Positions 10,210 to 20,387 of a DNA stretch of 64,000 bases are shown here, piece by piece. Numbering within the stretch: the first letter of the stretch is position 1; every line of letters begins with the position of its first letter. A program made the translations under genes and the position numbers. The stretch is taken from the IMG/VR virus record IMGVR_UViG_3300017917_002560, positions 74,096-138,095 of that record. One strand, given 5' to 3'. This stretch comes from a virus. Taxonomy: Duplodnaviria; Heunggongvirae; Uroviricota; Caudoviricetes. Under the pieces are notes generated by a model. It searched no databases and was not told the DNA's origin. It worked only from the letters and a program-made list of their open reading frames with translations.

Positions 10210-11119
10210 CGTTGCAGATTTAGACTGCATCTACCTTAGTTACGACGAACCACAAAAAGAAGAGTTTTGGGTTAAAATTAAGAACATGGTTCCTTGGGCC
10301 AAGCGTGTGGACGGAGTCAAAGGATCGGACGCCGCACACAAGGCCGCTGCCGAAGCCAGCGACACTGAGCGTTTTATTCTTATTGACGGTGATAATATAC
10401 CCAACCCAACGTTTTTCAACGTAACATTAAACATGCCAACTGAAGAATACCAACGTGCAGTGTTTCGTTGGCGTGCTAGAAATCACATCAATGGGTTAAT
10501 GTACGGTAACGGTGGATTGAGTTCATGGACAAAAGAATTTGTTATGAACATGAAAACTCACGAAAACACAGACGGGCGCACTGAAACAGAAGTAGAATTT
10601 TGCTTTGATCCACTGTACTGGCCCATGTACGATTGTTATTCTACTACCTATCCCAATGGATCGCCTTTCCAGGCCTGGCGTGCTGGATTCCGTGAAGGTG
10701 TTAAAATGTGTTTGCAACGTGGTCGTAAGCCCACTGTTGAAGAATTTAAAAATCAAGTGTTACGCAATCTTGACAACTTGACTATTTGGCACAATATTGG
10801 ATCAGATGTTGAACACGGAGAGTGGGCTATTGCTGGTGCAAGACAAGGCACATACATGACTATGCTGACTAATTGGGACCATCGTGAAGTACAAGACTTC
10901 GATAAACTTGCAGAATTGTGGAAAACAGTGGAAAACAGCAACCCAAGGTTGTTGAGTAATCAATTAGGTCCTGAGCTAGGTGGCCAGCTTGATTTGCCAA
11001 TGGCCATCTTAGAAGCAGAGCAAAGTGCATTTTTTAAATACCACTATCGTTCAAACTGGCACAACCAAGGTGCCATGGTTCGTGAAATTGATGTAATACG
11101 CAAACAAGAAGGTTGGTGA
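10163..11119 (+). CDS. Hypothetical protein with SYDEP(E/Q)xExxW domain shared with C-terminus of 27670..30687
   Basis: IYLSYDEPQKEEFWVKIKNM...VDGVKGSDAAHKAAAEAS aligns with VIFISYDEPEAEQNWEILKQR...VHGVAGMELALEAAADAS of the repeat protein. Confidence 0.5.
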   Translation: MSPIQNGAKKVMYSIDVADLDCIYLSYDEPQKEEFWVKIKNMVPWAKRVDGVKGSDAAHKAAAEASDTERFILIDGDNIPNPTFFNVTLNMPTEEYQRAVFRWRARNHINGLMYGNGGLSSWTKEFVMNMKTHENTDGRTETEVEFCFDPLYWPMYDCYSTTYPNGSPFQAWRAGFREGVKMCLQRGRKPTVEEFKNQVLRNLDNLTIWHNIGSDVEHGEWAIAGARQGTYMTMLTNWDHREVQDFDKLAELWKTVENSNPRLLSNQLGPELGGQLDLPMAILEAEQSAFFKYHYRSNWHNQGAMVREIDVIRKQEGW

Positions 11120-11120
11120 C

Positions 11121-11735
11121 ATGATTGACTATGCTAGACCATGGCACGTGTTAGACATTGATACCACTAATGCGTTGAATCCGCAGTTTGATCCATACAA
11201 GCTACGTGCTGAATCAACTCAAGCTGACGCACCGGTGAGTTTGTGGAAAATTCACGGCAACGAAGTGTACAGCGTATTCAACAAAGATTGGTTGGAACAA
11301 CTAGAAGCACGTGGTATTTCAATGTCATCGGCGATGCTGTTCTATAGAGATGCATACCATGTGCATCCAGTTATCCACATAGATGTATTCAAGGACGGCA
11401 CACCGTGCATATATGCATTTAACTGGGTAATATCACCAGTTGACAACAGTCCCATGGTTTGGTATGATATTGAAATTGGCACCGGCGAAGTAACTGAAAA
11501 CGTAGCCAGCACCAAATATCAATATTGGAGCATGGAAGAGTACCAGCACACTGAAGTTGCAAGAAAAATTATTGGCAACGAGTTGACCATGGTCAAGATA
11601 GGAATGCCGCATACTATTATTGTCAACGAGCATCCACGTTGGTTGATGAGTATTAGATGTACATTCAATGAGAATATCAAAGACTGGAACAGTGCAGTGG
11701 ACTACTATTCACATCTTTTTAAAAGAGTTGACTAA
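11121..11735 (+). CDS. Hypothetical protein (204 aa)
   Basis: ORF, tightly packed operon. Confidence 0.45.
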   Translation: MIDYARPWHVLDIDTTNALNPQFDPYKLRAESTQADAPVSLWKIHGNEVYSVFNKDWLEQLEARGISMSSAMLFYRDAYHVHPVIHIDVFKDGTPCIYAFNWVISPVDNSPMVWYDIEIGTGEVTENVASTKYQYWSMEEYQHTEVARKIIGNELTMVKIGMPHTIIVNEHPRWLMSIRCTFNENIKDWNSAVDYYSHLFKRVD

Positions 11736-12661
11736 TGTTTAGGATAGGCGGAACCAGCGATCGATTCTGGAACAAAACTGAGTTTGTTAAATTTCTAGTG
11801 GATAATCAACACAAAGAAATCAACATCACAGTTGACCCCGAAGCAATTTGCCTGCGGTCGTTAGGTGTGTACGACCTGCTGGATATGTTTGCGTTTGAAT
11901 CAGTTACAGTGCATACATGGAATCCTTTGGAGGCTCACCCCAACTACTGTGTAAAGCTGAACGGTCCAAACTTTTGGTTTGATAGAACAGCCAATATTGA
12001 TCCAATGTTGCATCAGTGGGATTTGTCACATGTTTTTTTATGCATGTATCATCGACCCACTGCTGGCCGCCTTGGCATTGCCAGTTATGCCTCACAGTAT
12101 AATACCTTGATGCACTTTTCTAGCGATCACAACCCTGACGAGTTGGTTCAATACGAGTTAGATAAACTTTTACAATACGATGTTGCTAGTGTGGCACGTG
12201 CTGGAGAGTTTTTGCAGAACTTGCCAATACTGCAAAGCTCACGAGACACGCTAACTAAATTCAATGGATATGATTATCGTGATCCGTTGACTGCATTGTA
12301 CCGTAAATGTTTTGTTGACTTAGTAGTTGAGTCGCACACAACTGGGCAAACATTTTTTCCTACAGAAAAAACCATTAGGCCCATACTGCTTAAAAAGCCG
12401 TTTATTGTGTTTGGCTCTGTCAGCTACTTGGATTACTTGCATCAAATGGGATTCCGTACATTCAGTGACTTCTGGGATGAGGATTATGATGGTTACGAAA
12501 AGGGCGATCGTCTACGACGCATCTATAGTCTAATAGACAGCATCGCCAAAATGCCAATCAACAAGCTTGAAACAATGTATTATGACATGCAGTATTCACT
12601 GGATCACAACTATAATTTGTTGATGAACAAAACTTTTAATAGAACAATAACACCAATATGA
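11735..12661 (+). CDS. GT10 (alpha-1,3-fucosyltransferase)-like glycosyltransferase-fold protein, paralogue 1 of 5
   Basis: Motif FFPTEKTIRPILLKKPFIVFGS...FWDEDYD matches FucT signature (ENSxxxxYxTEKxw...VPVVLG); shared by 14015, 19380, 25409, 26580. Confidence 0.55.
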   Translation: MFRIGGTSDRFWNKTEFVKFLVDNQHKEINITVDPEAICLRSLGVYDLLDMFAFESVTVHTWNPLEAHPNYCVKLNGPNFWFDRTANIDPMLHQWDLSHVFLCMYHRPTAGRLGIASYASQYNTLMHFSSDHNPDELVQYELDKLLQYDVASVARAGEFLQNLPILQSSRDTLTKFNGYDYRDPLTALYRKCFVDLVVESHTTGQTFFPTEKTIRPILLKKPFIVFGSVSYLDYLHQMGFRTFSDFWDEDYDGYEKGDRLRRIYSLIDSIAKMPINKLETMYYDMQYSLDHNYNLLMNKTFNRTITPI

Positions 12662-14058
12662 CCAAAGGCGATCAAAGTACTTTTATGAGTTCTGCTGAGC
12701 AGATGAAATCTGCTCTAGGGCCAGCCATGTGTTTGGCCAAGTGGAAACAGGTGAGCTTACATTTGCCCACTGGGCTTAACAATAGTTGTTATCATCCCCC
12801 GTTGCATGAAATTGATGCCAGCTTGTTGGCCAGCAATCCCAGCACATTGCATAACACACCGTACAAAAAACAACAGCGTAAAATCATGTTGCGTCAAGAG
12901 CGCCCACAAGAATGTGGATACTGCTGGGCCATGGAGGACAACAACAAACTCAGTGACCGTCACTATCGATCAGGTGAACCCTGGGCAGCCAAAGACTTTG
13001 ATAGCATTGTAAACTCAACTGGAGATGAAGATGTCTTACCTAGTTACGTTGAAGTTAATTTTAATCACGCTTGTAATCTTAAATGTAGTTACTGTAGTCC
13101 TCAATTTAGTTCAAGTTGGCAACAAGAAATGGATCACTTTGGCGCTTACCCTACTAGCACTAAACACAATGATCCTAGCCACTTCGTGGGTCGTAATAGA
13201 CCAATCCCAGTGCGCGAGCACAATCCCTATGTAGAAGCATTTTGGCAGTGGTGGCCCACACTGTATCCAGAACTAGAACATTTCCGTATGACCGGTGGCG
13301 AACCACTCATGGACAAGAATACATATCGTGTGTTTGATTATGTGCTGGAGAATCCTAGCAAAAAATTGCACCTCAATGTTACAAGTAACTTCAGCGTAGA
13401 TGAAAACCTGTGGCGCAAGTACAAGGACTATGTCAAGCGATTATGTGACACCGACGACGTAAAGCTAGAACATTTTATGCAGTATGTGAGCCTTGACGGT
13501 TGGGGTACACAGGCAGAATACATGCGACATGGGTTGGACTTTAATTTGTTATGGGATCGGGTCAATCAGTTCTTGGAAGAAATACCATACCGCAACAGCT
13601 TGACATTTATTGTCACAATGAACAACCTTTCAGTTACCAGCTTAGAGCATTTGTTTGCTGGTATCTTAGGACTGCGTAAAACATACAGTAAGACATATCA
13701 ACGTGTTTGGTTTGATACTCCGGTGTTGCGACAGCCGCATTGGCAGAGTTTGCAAATACTGCCAGAAAGCTATGCAGAACGTTTAGAGTATCTGTGGGCA
13801 TGGATGGTGCGCCAAACCGAAACACCCGAGGATCCATTCCATGGATTCAAAGATTATGAGATTGCACGCCTGGATCGAGACATTGCTTGGATGCGTGATG
13901 GGCAAAAGCTAGACCCTGCACAGCTACAGTTAAGGAAAGCAGACTTCTATCGTTTCTTCAATGAGCATGATCGACGCAGAGGCACAGACTTTTTGAAAAC
14001 ATTTCCAGAAATGCGTGAATGGTGGAAGGAGTGTGAATACCATGCTCGGCAATTATAA
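12658..14058 (+). CDS. Radical SAM protein, paralogue 1 of 5 (CNLKCSYC)
   Basis: CxxxCxxC motif; conserved N-terminal C..HPP...NTPxKK...ECGYCW module shared with 15108; no C-terminal SPASM-like Cys clusters seen. Confidence 0.65.
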   Translation: MTKGDQSTFMSSAEQMKSALGPAMCLAKWKQVSLHLPTGLNNSCYHPPLHEIDASLLASNPSTLHNTPYKKQQRKIMLRQERPQECGYCWAMEDNNKLSDRHYRSGEPWAAKDFDSIVNSTGDEDVLPSYVEVNFNHACNLKCSYCSPQFSSSWQQEMDHFGAYPTSTKHNDPSHFVGRNRPIPVREHNPYVEAFWQWWPTLYPELEHFRMTGGEPLMDKNTYRVFDYVLENPSKKLHLNVTSNFSVDENLWRKYKDYVKRLCDTDDVKLEHFMQYVSLDGWGTQAEYMRHGLDFNLLWDRVNQFLEEIPYRNSLTFIVTMNNLSVTSLEHLFAGILGLRKTYSKTYQRVWFDTPVLRQPHWQSLQILPESYAERLEYLWAWMVRQTETPEDPFHGFKDYEIARLDRDIAWMRDGQKLDPAQLQLRKADFYRFFNEHDRRRGTDFLKTFPEMREWWKECEYHARQL

Positions 14059-15157
14059 AATTATTGTTGACGAGTGGGCCGAAGTGTGGGACTTGTTAAA
14101 GCCTTATGCCGACGCTAGCTTTTGGCGCTGGCAAGACGTTGAGTTAGACCCTTCAAACATTTACATTGTTGGCCGTGTGGTACTAAAAGAAAATTGGCAA
14201 GCCATAACCGACTGGGCCACACAGCATCCAGGGCGAATTGTGTTCTCAAACCCAGCAGAAGGAAGCCAAACAATATTGTTGCAGTTACAAAGGTTGCGTA
14301 TCACTGACTATGTACGTGACGGCCGCATTGGATTGTTGACATCGGGTGACCTAGAACCGGGCATTGCTTACTGCAAAACTGATTGCTATTTTAGCAACAT
14401 TGTAGAGTACACCGAAAACAAAGCCGCACAATTGATGTGCGCCCTGGATTACAAAGAACGTAGGCCTTATGAATTTTTGTTTTTAAATGGACGCTTGCGC
14501 CCACATCGCAAGTACATGATAGATCACATGCGTGAATTAAATCTATTGGATCATGCGCTTTGGAGTAATCTTGGTTCGCAAGTTGAAATGTCGTTTACAT
14601 CTGTACTGGAAACCAAGAAGCTAGAACCTATTAGACTACTACCCCCTGAATACGAAATTGATCGTGCAAGGCCAAATCTCAAGCCCAGCTTGTACACCGA
14701 TGGCGGATTTGTTAAACATCAGTTGTTCAACAACACTTGGGGAGACGCTATTGTAAATCATCAATGCTACACAGACACATGGTTTAGTGTAGTAACAGAA
14801 ACCATATTTGACTACCCATATACTTTCCGCACAGAAAAGATTTGGAAGCCCATACTAATGGCACATCCATTTATAGTGGCTGCTAATCCTGGTTATCTGC
14901 GTGATTTGCGCAACGCTGGGTTTAAAACTTTTGCACACTTGATTAACGAAAGCTATGATGAAATTGACAGCCCGTGGGACAGAATTGATCGTGTAATAGA
15001 CACTATAAGCGAAGTTTCTGTCAGTGGAGCCGCTGATTTTTGGGAGGCCTCCCGCGATGTCTGTAAATATAACCAACAACACTTGGTAGAGCATAATCGT
15101 CAAGAACGTGCCTTATTACCTTATAACCTTGAAAAATATCTCAATGAACGATCTTGA
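14015..15157 (+). CDS. GT10-like glycosyltransferase-fold protein, paralogue 2
   Basis: FSVVTETIFDYPYTFRTEKIWKPILMAHPFIVAA...INESYDEID; true start may be 14042. Confidence 0.55.
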   Translation: MNGGRSVNTMLGNYKIIVDEWAEVWDLLKPYADASFWRWQDVELDPSNIYIVGRVVLKENWQAITDWATQHPGRIVFSNPAEGSQTILLQLQRLRITDYVRDGRIGLLTSGDLEPGIAYCKTDCYFSNIVEYTENKAAQLMCALDYKERRPYEFLFLNGRLRPHRKYMIDHMRELNLLDHALWSNLGSQVEMSFTSVLETKKLEPIRLLPPEYEIDRARPNLKPSLYTDGGFVKHQLFNNTWGDAIVNHQCYTDTWFSVVTETIFDYPYTFRTEKIWKPILMAHPFIVAANPGYLRDLRNAGFKTFAHLINESYDEIDSPWDRIDRVIDTISEVSVSGAADFWEASRDVCKYNQQHLVEHNRQERALLPYNLEKYLNERS

Positions 15158-16478
15158 ATTTCGACAACAAGTACTAGATACCAAAAGCGCCAGCTTTTGC
15201 GCAGCCAAGTGGTACAATGCTACAATATGGCTAGGGTCAGGAATGACCACTAGCTGTCACCATCCACCAGCTCATTTAGTGGACATTGATAAAGTTCAGA
15301 CTAACCCTAAGCTGTTGCACAACACGCCGCAGAAAAAAGATGATCGAAAGAAAATGTTGGCGGGAGAACGTCCCAGTGGTTGCGAATACTGCTGGAAGAT
15401 TGAAGACATGGGCCGTGATGCTATCAGTGACCGTGTGTATAAATCAAAAATTTACCCTATAAAGGCATTAGATGAAGCATACAATACACCAGTTGACGCA
15501 GACGTTAACCTCAAAACTCTCGAAATCGCATTTGATCGCACTTGCCAATTTGCTTGTAGCTATTGTAACCCTGCTTTCAGTAGCACATGGGTTAATGATA
15601 TCAAGCGCAACGGTCCTTATGAGCGTCTGGTGTCTGACGGGCGTAACCACTTTACTCACACTCACGATAGTGCTCAATTATACCGCTTTGGCGAAACTAA
15701 TCCGTACATTGAAGCGTTCTTTAAATGGTGGGAGTCAGACCTCCACTCAACCTTAGACGAGTTACGCATCACAGGTGGCGAGCCACTCATGAGTGGTTAT
15801 ACATGGCAACTGCTTGACTGGTTCCAAAACAATAGCGGACGATCAAAAACCCGGCTAGCTATTAATTCAAACTTGGGCATGGAGTTTGATGTTGTAGAAC
15901 GTTTGCTAAAATCAGCCAACGGTGTTGAATTAGACTTGTACACATCCAATGAAAGTTTTAGTGTTCATGCTGAGTATATTCGTGACGGATTAAGTTGGCC
16001 CCAGTGGGTTTACAATATGCGCAAAATCATGGGCTCTAAAAAGCTTCGTGGCTTGCATGTTATGTGTACTATCAACGCATTGTGCTTAGAAAGTTTGCCT
16101 GACTTCCTAGACCAACTCATGGTGTGGAAGAGTGAATACGGAACAGACTTTCCTAATTTCACTCTCAACATACTGCGCTTTCCAAGTTTCCAGTCTCCGC
16201 TGATTTTGCCTGACGAAATTAGAACACAGTACAAGGATAAGTTACAGCAGTGGCTGGATCGGTGGACCAACAACATTTCATTACAAGAACACGAACGCAA
16301 TCATGTACAGCGACTGATTGATTATCTTGACGTTGTTAAGACTCCCCACAGCGAAGCGTTTGACCGCCCTAAATTATTAAACGACTTTAAACAATTTTAT
16401 ACACAGTACGATCAACGTCGTGGCAAAAACTTTGCAGAAACATTCCCTACACTAGCCAACTGGTACAACACACTATGA
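15108..16478 (+). CDS. Radical SAM protein, paralogue 2 (CQFACSYC)
   Basis: CxxxCxxC; N-terminal CHHPPAHLVDID...LHNTPQKKDDRKKMLAGERPSGCEYCW nearly identical architecture to 12658; start may be 15144. Confidence 0.65.
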   Translation: MPYYLITLKNISMNDLEFRQQVLDTKSASFCAAKWYNATIWLGSGMTTSCHHPPAHLVDIDKVQTNPKLLHNTPQKKDDRKKMLAGERPSGCEYCWKIEDMGRDAISDRVYKSKIYPIKALDEAYNTPVDADVNLKTLEIAFDRTCQFACSYCNPAFSSTWVNDIKRNGPYERLVSDGRNHFTHTHDSAQLYRFGETNPYIEAFFKWWESDLHSTLDELRITGGEPLMSGYTWQLLDWFQNNSGRSKTRLAINSNLGMEFDVVERLLKSANGVELDLYTSNESFSVHAEYIRDGLSWPQWVYNMRKIMGSKKLRGLHVMCTINALCLESLPDFLDQLMVWKSEYGTDFPNFTLNILRFPSFQSPLILPDEIRTQYKDKLQQWLDRWTNNISLQEHERNHVQRLIDYLDVVKTPHSEAFDRPKLLNDFKQFYTQYDQRRGKNFAETFPTLANWYNTL

Positions 16479-18172
16479 ACATAACTCAACAATTAGACCA
16501 ACTAAGACAGCAGTACAATATTGTTGCTGTAATAGACTTGGACCCATGGTACGATACCCCTGACTATAAAAAGAAAAACTGGTTCCGTGACTTAATACAA
16601 CCAGTTTACAAAGAAGTATACGAAAACAACGACAGAATTGTTTTTACGCTAAGTCATGGCGACCGGTATGTTAGTGAAAACGATACAGCTGGCTATATCT
16701 TAACACAACTGCAACGAAGAATAAACGAAATTGATGTTAGCAATTTTTTTGTAACACTGTTAACCACTGATCAAACCCAAGCTGACAGTTATGCATCGGC
16801 ACTACCAATTATCAGCACAGATCCAGTACCTATTACAATAACAGTTTGCGAACCTCGAATCGAGCATAGACAATTATTCTCACCAAAAGCAGGATACAAT
16901 TACAACAGCAAAGACCCAATTAAAATTGATGTCAATGAGCTTGATGACAAGGAAAAGTTTCTTTTAACTGAGTCCAAACGTTTTTGTATGTTGCCTTGGA
17001 TACACATTCATGCCTACCCCAACGGTAAAACATACCCTTGCTGTGTTGGTGATATGCAGTTTCCAATTGGTGACATGCACACTCACACTATTCGCGAAAT
17101 CTGGAACCAAGCACCCATGCGAGAAATACGCCAAGCAATGTTGAGCGAAGCACCTGTGGATGCCTGTTCAAGATGTTACGAGCAAGAAGATGTTGGCTTT
17201 ATGAGTATGCGAAACAGTGCCAACAAGCATTATGGGCATCACATCAAACGAGTACACAAAACTAAAGAAGATGGCACACTGGATCAATTTGAATTAGTGT
17301 ACTGGGATATTAGATTCAGTAACTTGTGCAATCTACGTTGCCGTAGTTGCGGGCATATCTTTTCAAGCCAATGGTATCAAGATCAAGCTGAACTCAGTGG
17401 CCCAGACTGGAAAAAGACACACAAGGTGCTGAACTATGCTGGCCGTCACGAAATTGATGCATACGATCAGTTAGTTGAGCATTTGGATTATGTTGAACAA
17501 ATCTACTTTGCCGGCGGCGAACCGCTACTAATGGAAGAACACTATCGTATTCTCGACGAGCTAGTTCAACGCAAACGCTTTGATGTGCGTTTGATTTATA
17601 ACACAAACTTTACGCATACCGATCTCAAGGGCAAGTCGGTGTTTGAATACTGGAAACAGTTTGAGTCAGTTAGCATTGGCGCAAGTCTTGACGATATGGG
17701 CCCACGAGCAGAGTATATTCGCAAAGGTACCAACTGGGCAGTGGTTGAACAAAATCGTAAAGACATGATGGCAATTTGCCCCCAGGTTGATTTCTATATT
17801 AGTCCCACACTGAGTATCATGAACGCACTACACTTGACAGATTTTCATCGTGATTGGGTTGAAAAAGGATTAATCCGTGCGCAGGACCTAAACGTAAATA
17901 TCTTACAAGATCCTCCCTACTATAGAATTGACATCGCTACGTCTGACTATAAACAACAGATTGTTGAAAAGTTTCAAGCTCACATTGAGTGGCTCAAAGA
18001 TAAAGATCCGCTACAACGAGCCACAGTAGGGTTTGCATCTGCTATTAACTTTATCAACAACACTGATAACACACATCTTATTGAAACATTCTGGAAAAAG
18101 ACTGAAGAGCTTGACAGAATACGAAAAGAAAACATCCTGGATATTATTCCTGAGTTAAAGGCACTGAAATGA
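16475..18172 (+). CDS. Radical SAM protein, paralogue 3 with ~180-aa N-terminal extension (CNLRCRSC)
   Basis: CxxxCxxC at residues ~285; preceding CCVGD...C.RC Cys-rich module as in 18169 and 20368. Confidence 0.6.
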   Translation: MNITQQLDQLRQQYNIVAVIDLDPWYDTPDYKKKNWFRDLIQPVYKEVYENNDRIVFTLSHGDRYVSENDTAGYILTQLQRRINEIDVSNFFVTLLTTDQTQADSYASALPIISTDPVPITITVCEPRIEHRQLFSPKAGYNYNSKDPIKIDVNELDDKEKFLLTESKRFCMLPWIHIHAYPNGKTYPCCVGDMQFPIGDMHTHTIREIWNQAPMREIRQAMLSEAPVDACSRCYEQEDVGFMSMRNSANKHYGHHIKRVHKTKEDGTLDQFELVYWDIRFSNLCNLRCRSCGHIFSSQWYQDQAELSGPDWKKTHKVLNYAGRHEIDAYDQLVEHLDYVEQIYFAGGEPLLMEEHYRILDELVQRKRFDVRLIYNTNFTHTDLKGKSVFEYWKQFESVSIGASLDDMGPRAEYIRKGTNWAVVEQNRKDMMAICPQVDFYISPTLSIMNALHLTDFHRDWVEKGLIRAQDLNVNILQDPPYYRIDIATSDYKQQIVEKFQAHIEWLKDKDPLQRATVGFASAINFINNTDNTHLIETFWKKTEELDRIRKENILDIIPELKALK

Positions 18173-19380
18173 CAATACCACATGACAAGTTTTGCGTACT
18201 GCCTTGGATCAGCCTGGAAGCCAGCCCCATTGGTACTGTGCGTCCATGTTGCTTAGCCGACGATGAAATTGTAGACGATCATGGGGAGAAGTTTAGTTTA
18301 ATGACGGCTAACTTTTCACAAGTACAAAACAGCCAGCACATGCAGAAATTACGACAAGAATTTTTAGATGGCAAAAAGCCACAGACTTGCCGCAAGTGCT
18401 GGAACGAAGAACGCAGTGGCCGTACCAGCAAGCGCATGCATACGCTGAATAGGCTCAAGCACATTGTGGCAGATCAAACGTGGACAGCGGATGCCAAGCC
18501 CTTGATGTTCTTGGATCTTAAGTTAGGCAACATTTGTAATTTAAAATGTCGCATTTGCGGGTCGTGGAGTTCAAGCCAGTTTGCGACAGAAGAACTCAAT
18601 GATATGCCCATTGAAGCTGATAAGAAAACAACTTTTCCTTATCAAATGCTACGTGCCGGTGCATGGCCCAAAGAGAATCAACAATTCTGGGATCAAATTG
18701 ATCAGCATTTGAGCGACATTCGCTATATTGAATTCACTGGTGGTGAGCCTTTTATGATCAGTCAACACTTTGATATGTTGCAAGGTATCGTTGATCGTGG
18801 AATTGCACACAACGTAGAAATTCATTACAACACCAATGGCACAATGTTTCCAGCCCGCGGACCGGATATATGGCAACACTTTAAGACTGTGGAAATTGCA
18901 CTTAGTATTGACGACTTGGGTTCTAGATTTGAATATCAACGTAGCAATGCAGTATGGACAGAAGTGGTTGATAACTTGCGTCTATTCCAAGAATTGCGCA
19001 GCCGCATGTCCAACATTCAGTTGCAATGCTGTAGCACTGTAAACATATTCAATGTTCGTTACATTGACGAGCTTGCACGTTGGGTGGCACAACAAAATTT
19101 TGACTTTGTGTATTGGAATATGATGCACGATGCATGGTACTTCTCTATTGCTACGTTGCCTAACTCTGCCAAGACATTGCTTACACAGCACTTAGAATCT
19201 GCAGAAATACCACAACAGTATCAAGAAGAGTTTCAACGTATTGTTGATTTTATGAATCGTGGTGCAAGTACCGATGGATTTATGATGCGAATGAAAATAG
19301 CAGACTTAGATCGTAAGCGCAGTCAAAGCCTTGCTGACATCGAACCTGAGTTTGCTGAAATCATAGGATACACAAAGTAA
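18169..19380 (+). CDS. Radical SAM protein, paralogue 4 (CNLKCRIC)
   Basis: CxxxCxxC; N-terminal CCLADDE...CRKCWNEE module. Confidence 0.65.
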   Translation: MTIPHDKFCVLPWISLEASPIGTVRPCCLADDEIVDDHGEKFSLMTANFSQVQNSQHMQKLRQEFLDGKKPQTCRKCWNEERSGRTSKRMHTLNRLKHIVADQTWTADAKPLMFLDLKLGNICNLKCRICGSWSSSQFATEELNDMPIEADKKTTFPYQMLRAGAWPKENQQFWDQIDQHLSDIRYIEFTGGEPFMISQHFDMLQGIVDRGIAHNVEIHYNTNGTMFPARGPDIWQHFKTVEIALSIDDLGSRFEYQRSNAVWTEVVDNLRLFQELRSRMSNIQLQCCSTVNIFNVRYIDELARWVAQQNFDFVYWNMMHDAWYFSIATLPNSAKTLLTQHLESAEIPQQYQEEFQRIVDFMNRGASTDGFMMRMKIADLDRKRSQSLADIEPEFAEIIGYTK

Positions 19381-20387
19381 TGAGCCGGTTGGTTTTTATG
19401 TATTACCCTGGACACGAGCCCGAGCATCTAAGACGATTCTTGCCCAAAGGTTTCAAAATTGAAGTGTTTGATCCTATACAACAGTATCCAGCTGACACAG
19501 TGTTTTATTACGACATGTACGGTCCGTACGAAGATCACATTTTAATTCATTTGGATCAAGGATACAAGGTAGTGTACGATGCCAAAAACGAACACTATAT
19601 ACACTTTCGACGCCACTACATTTTTTACAGTTTCCTACAACATCCAGGTCAAGGATGTATTATTATTTCTGGTGACCGGCCTAACAACGTTCCCGGTGTT
19701 GACATTATTGCAACTCCATACTGGTACTGGATACTAGATCAAAAAAGTCTAATAGATAATGGTGTTGACCAACAAGTACGAACTTGGGACACCAACAAAA
19801 AGTTTTTTATGAGTCTAGGATTACACCGCGTAGAGCGCGACTACCTGTTTGATAATCTTGGTAATTTGTTAAATGACAGTTTGTACAGCTACCGTCATCG
19901 AGGAATGTTTCTCCCTGATGATGCGTCAATGGATGTAAATTGGCAACGGTATGTAAACCCTACATGGATGAACACTACTGCATTTACATTGGCTGTAGAA
20001 ACTTGTGTAATGGATGATGTCAAGTATGGATTCAGCCTGACGCTTGACGATAATCATTTTTTATGTGAAAAAACATACAAGCCCTTGGCAGCACAACATC
20101 CGTTGTTATTGGTGTCAACTCAAGGCAATTTAGCATACATGCGAAGTCAAGGGTTTGAGTCATTCCCTGAGTTGTTTGACGAAAGCTACGATAACATATC
20201 AGATTGGCAAAAGCGTATTGACCGTATCATTGAAATAGTTAGAGACTTTGATGTTGGTTTGGTAAACCAGCCCATTGTGCAAGAAAAAATAAAACACAAT
20301 CGAGATCATTTTTTTAACATTGATCTTGTAAATCAACTGGCACAAGACACTATTCAGCAACCTTTGTTTGAGTTCATCAATGGATAA
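19380..20387 (+). CDS. GT10-like glycosyltransferase-fold protein, paralogue 3
   Basis: HFLCEKTYKPLAAQHPLLLVSTQGNLAYMRSQGFESFPELFDESYD. Confidence 0.55.
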   Translation: MSRLVFMYYPGHEPEHLRRFLPKGFKIEVFDPIQQYPADTVFYYDMYGPYEDHILIHLDQGYKVVYDAKNEHYIHFRRHYIFYSFLQHPGQGCIIISGDRPNNVPGVDIIATPYWYWILDQKSLIDNGVDQQVRTWDTNKKFFMSLGLHRVERDYLFDNLGNLLNDSLYSYRHRGMFLPDDASMDVNWQRYVNPTWMNTTAFTLAVETCVMDDVKYGFSLTLDDNHFLCEKTYKPLAAQHPLLLVSTQGNLAYMRSQGFESFPELFDESYDNISDWQKRIDRIIEIVRDFDVGLVNQPIVQEKIKHNRDHFFNIDLVNQLAQDTIQQPLFEFING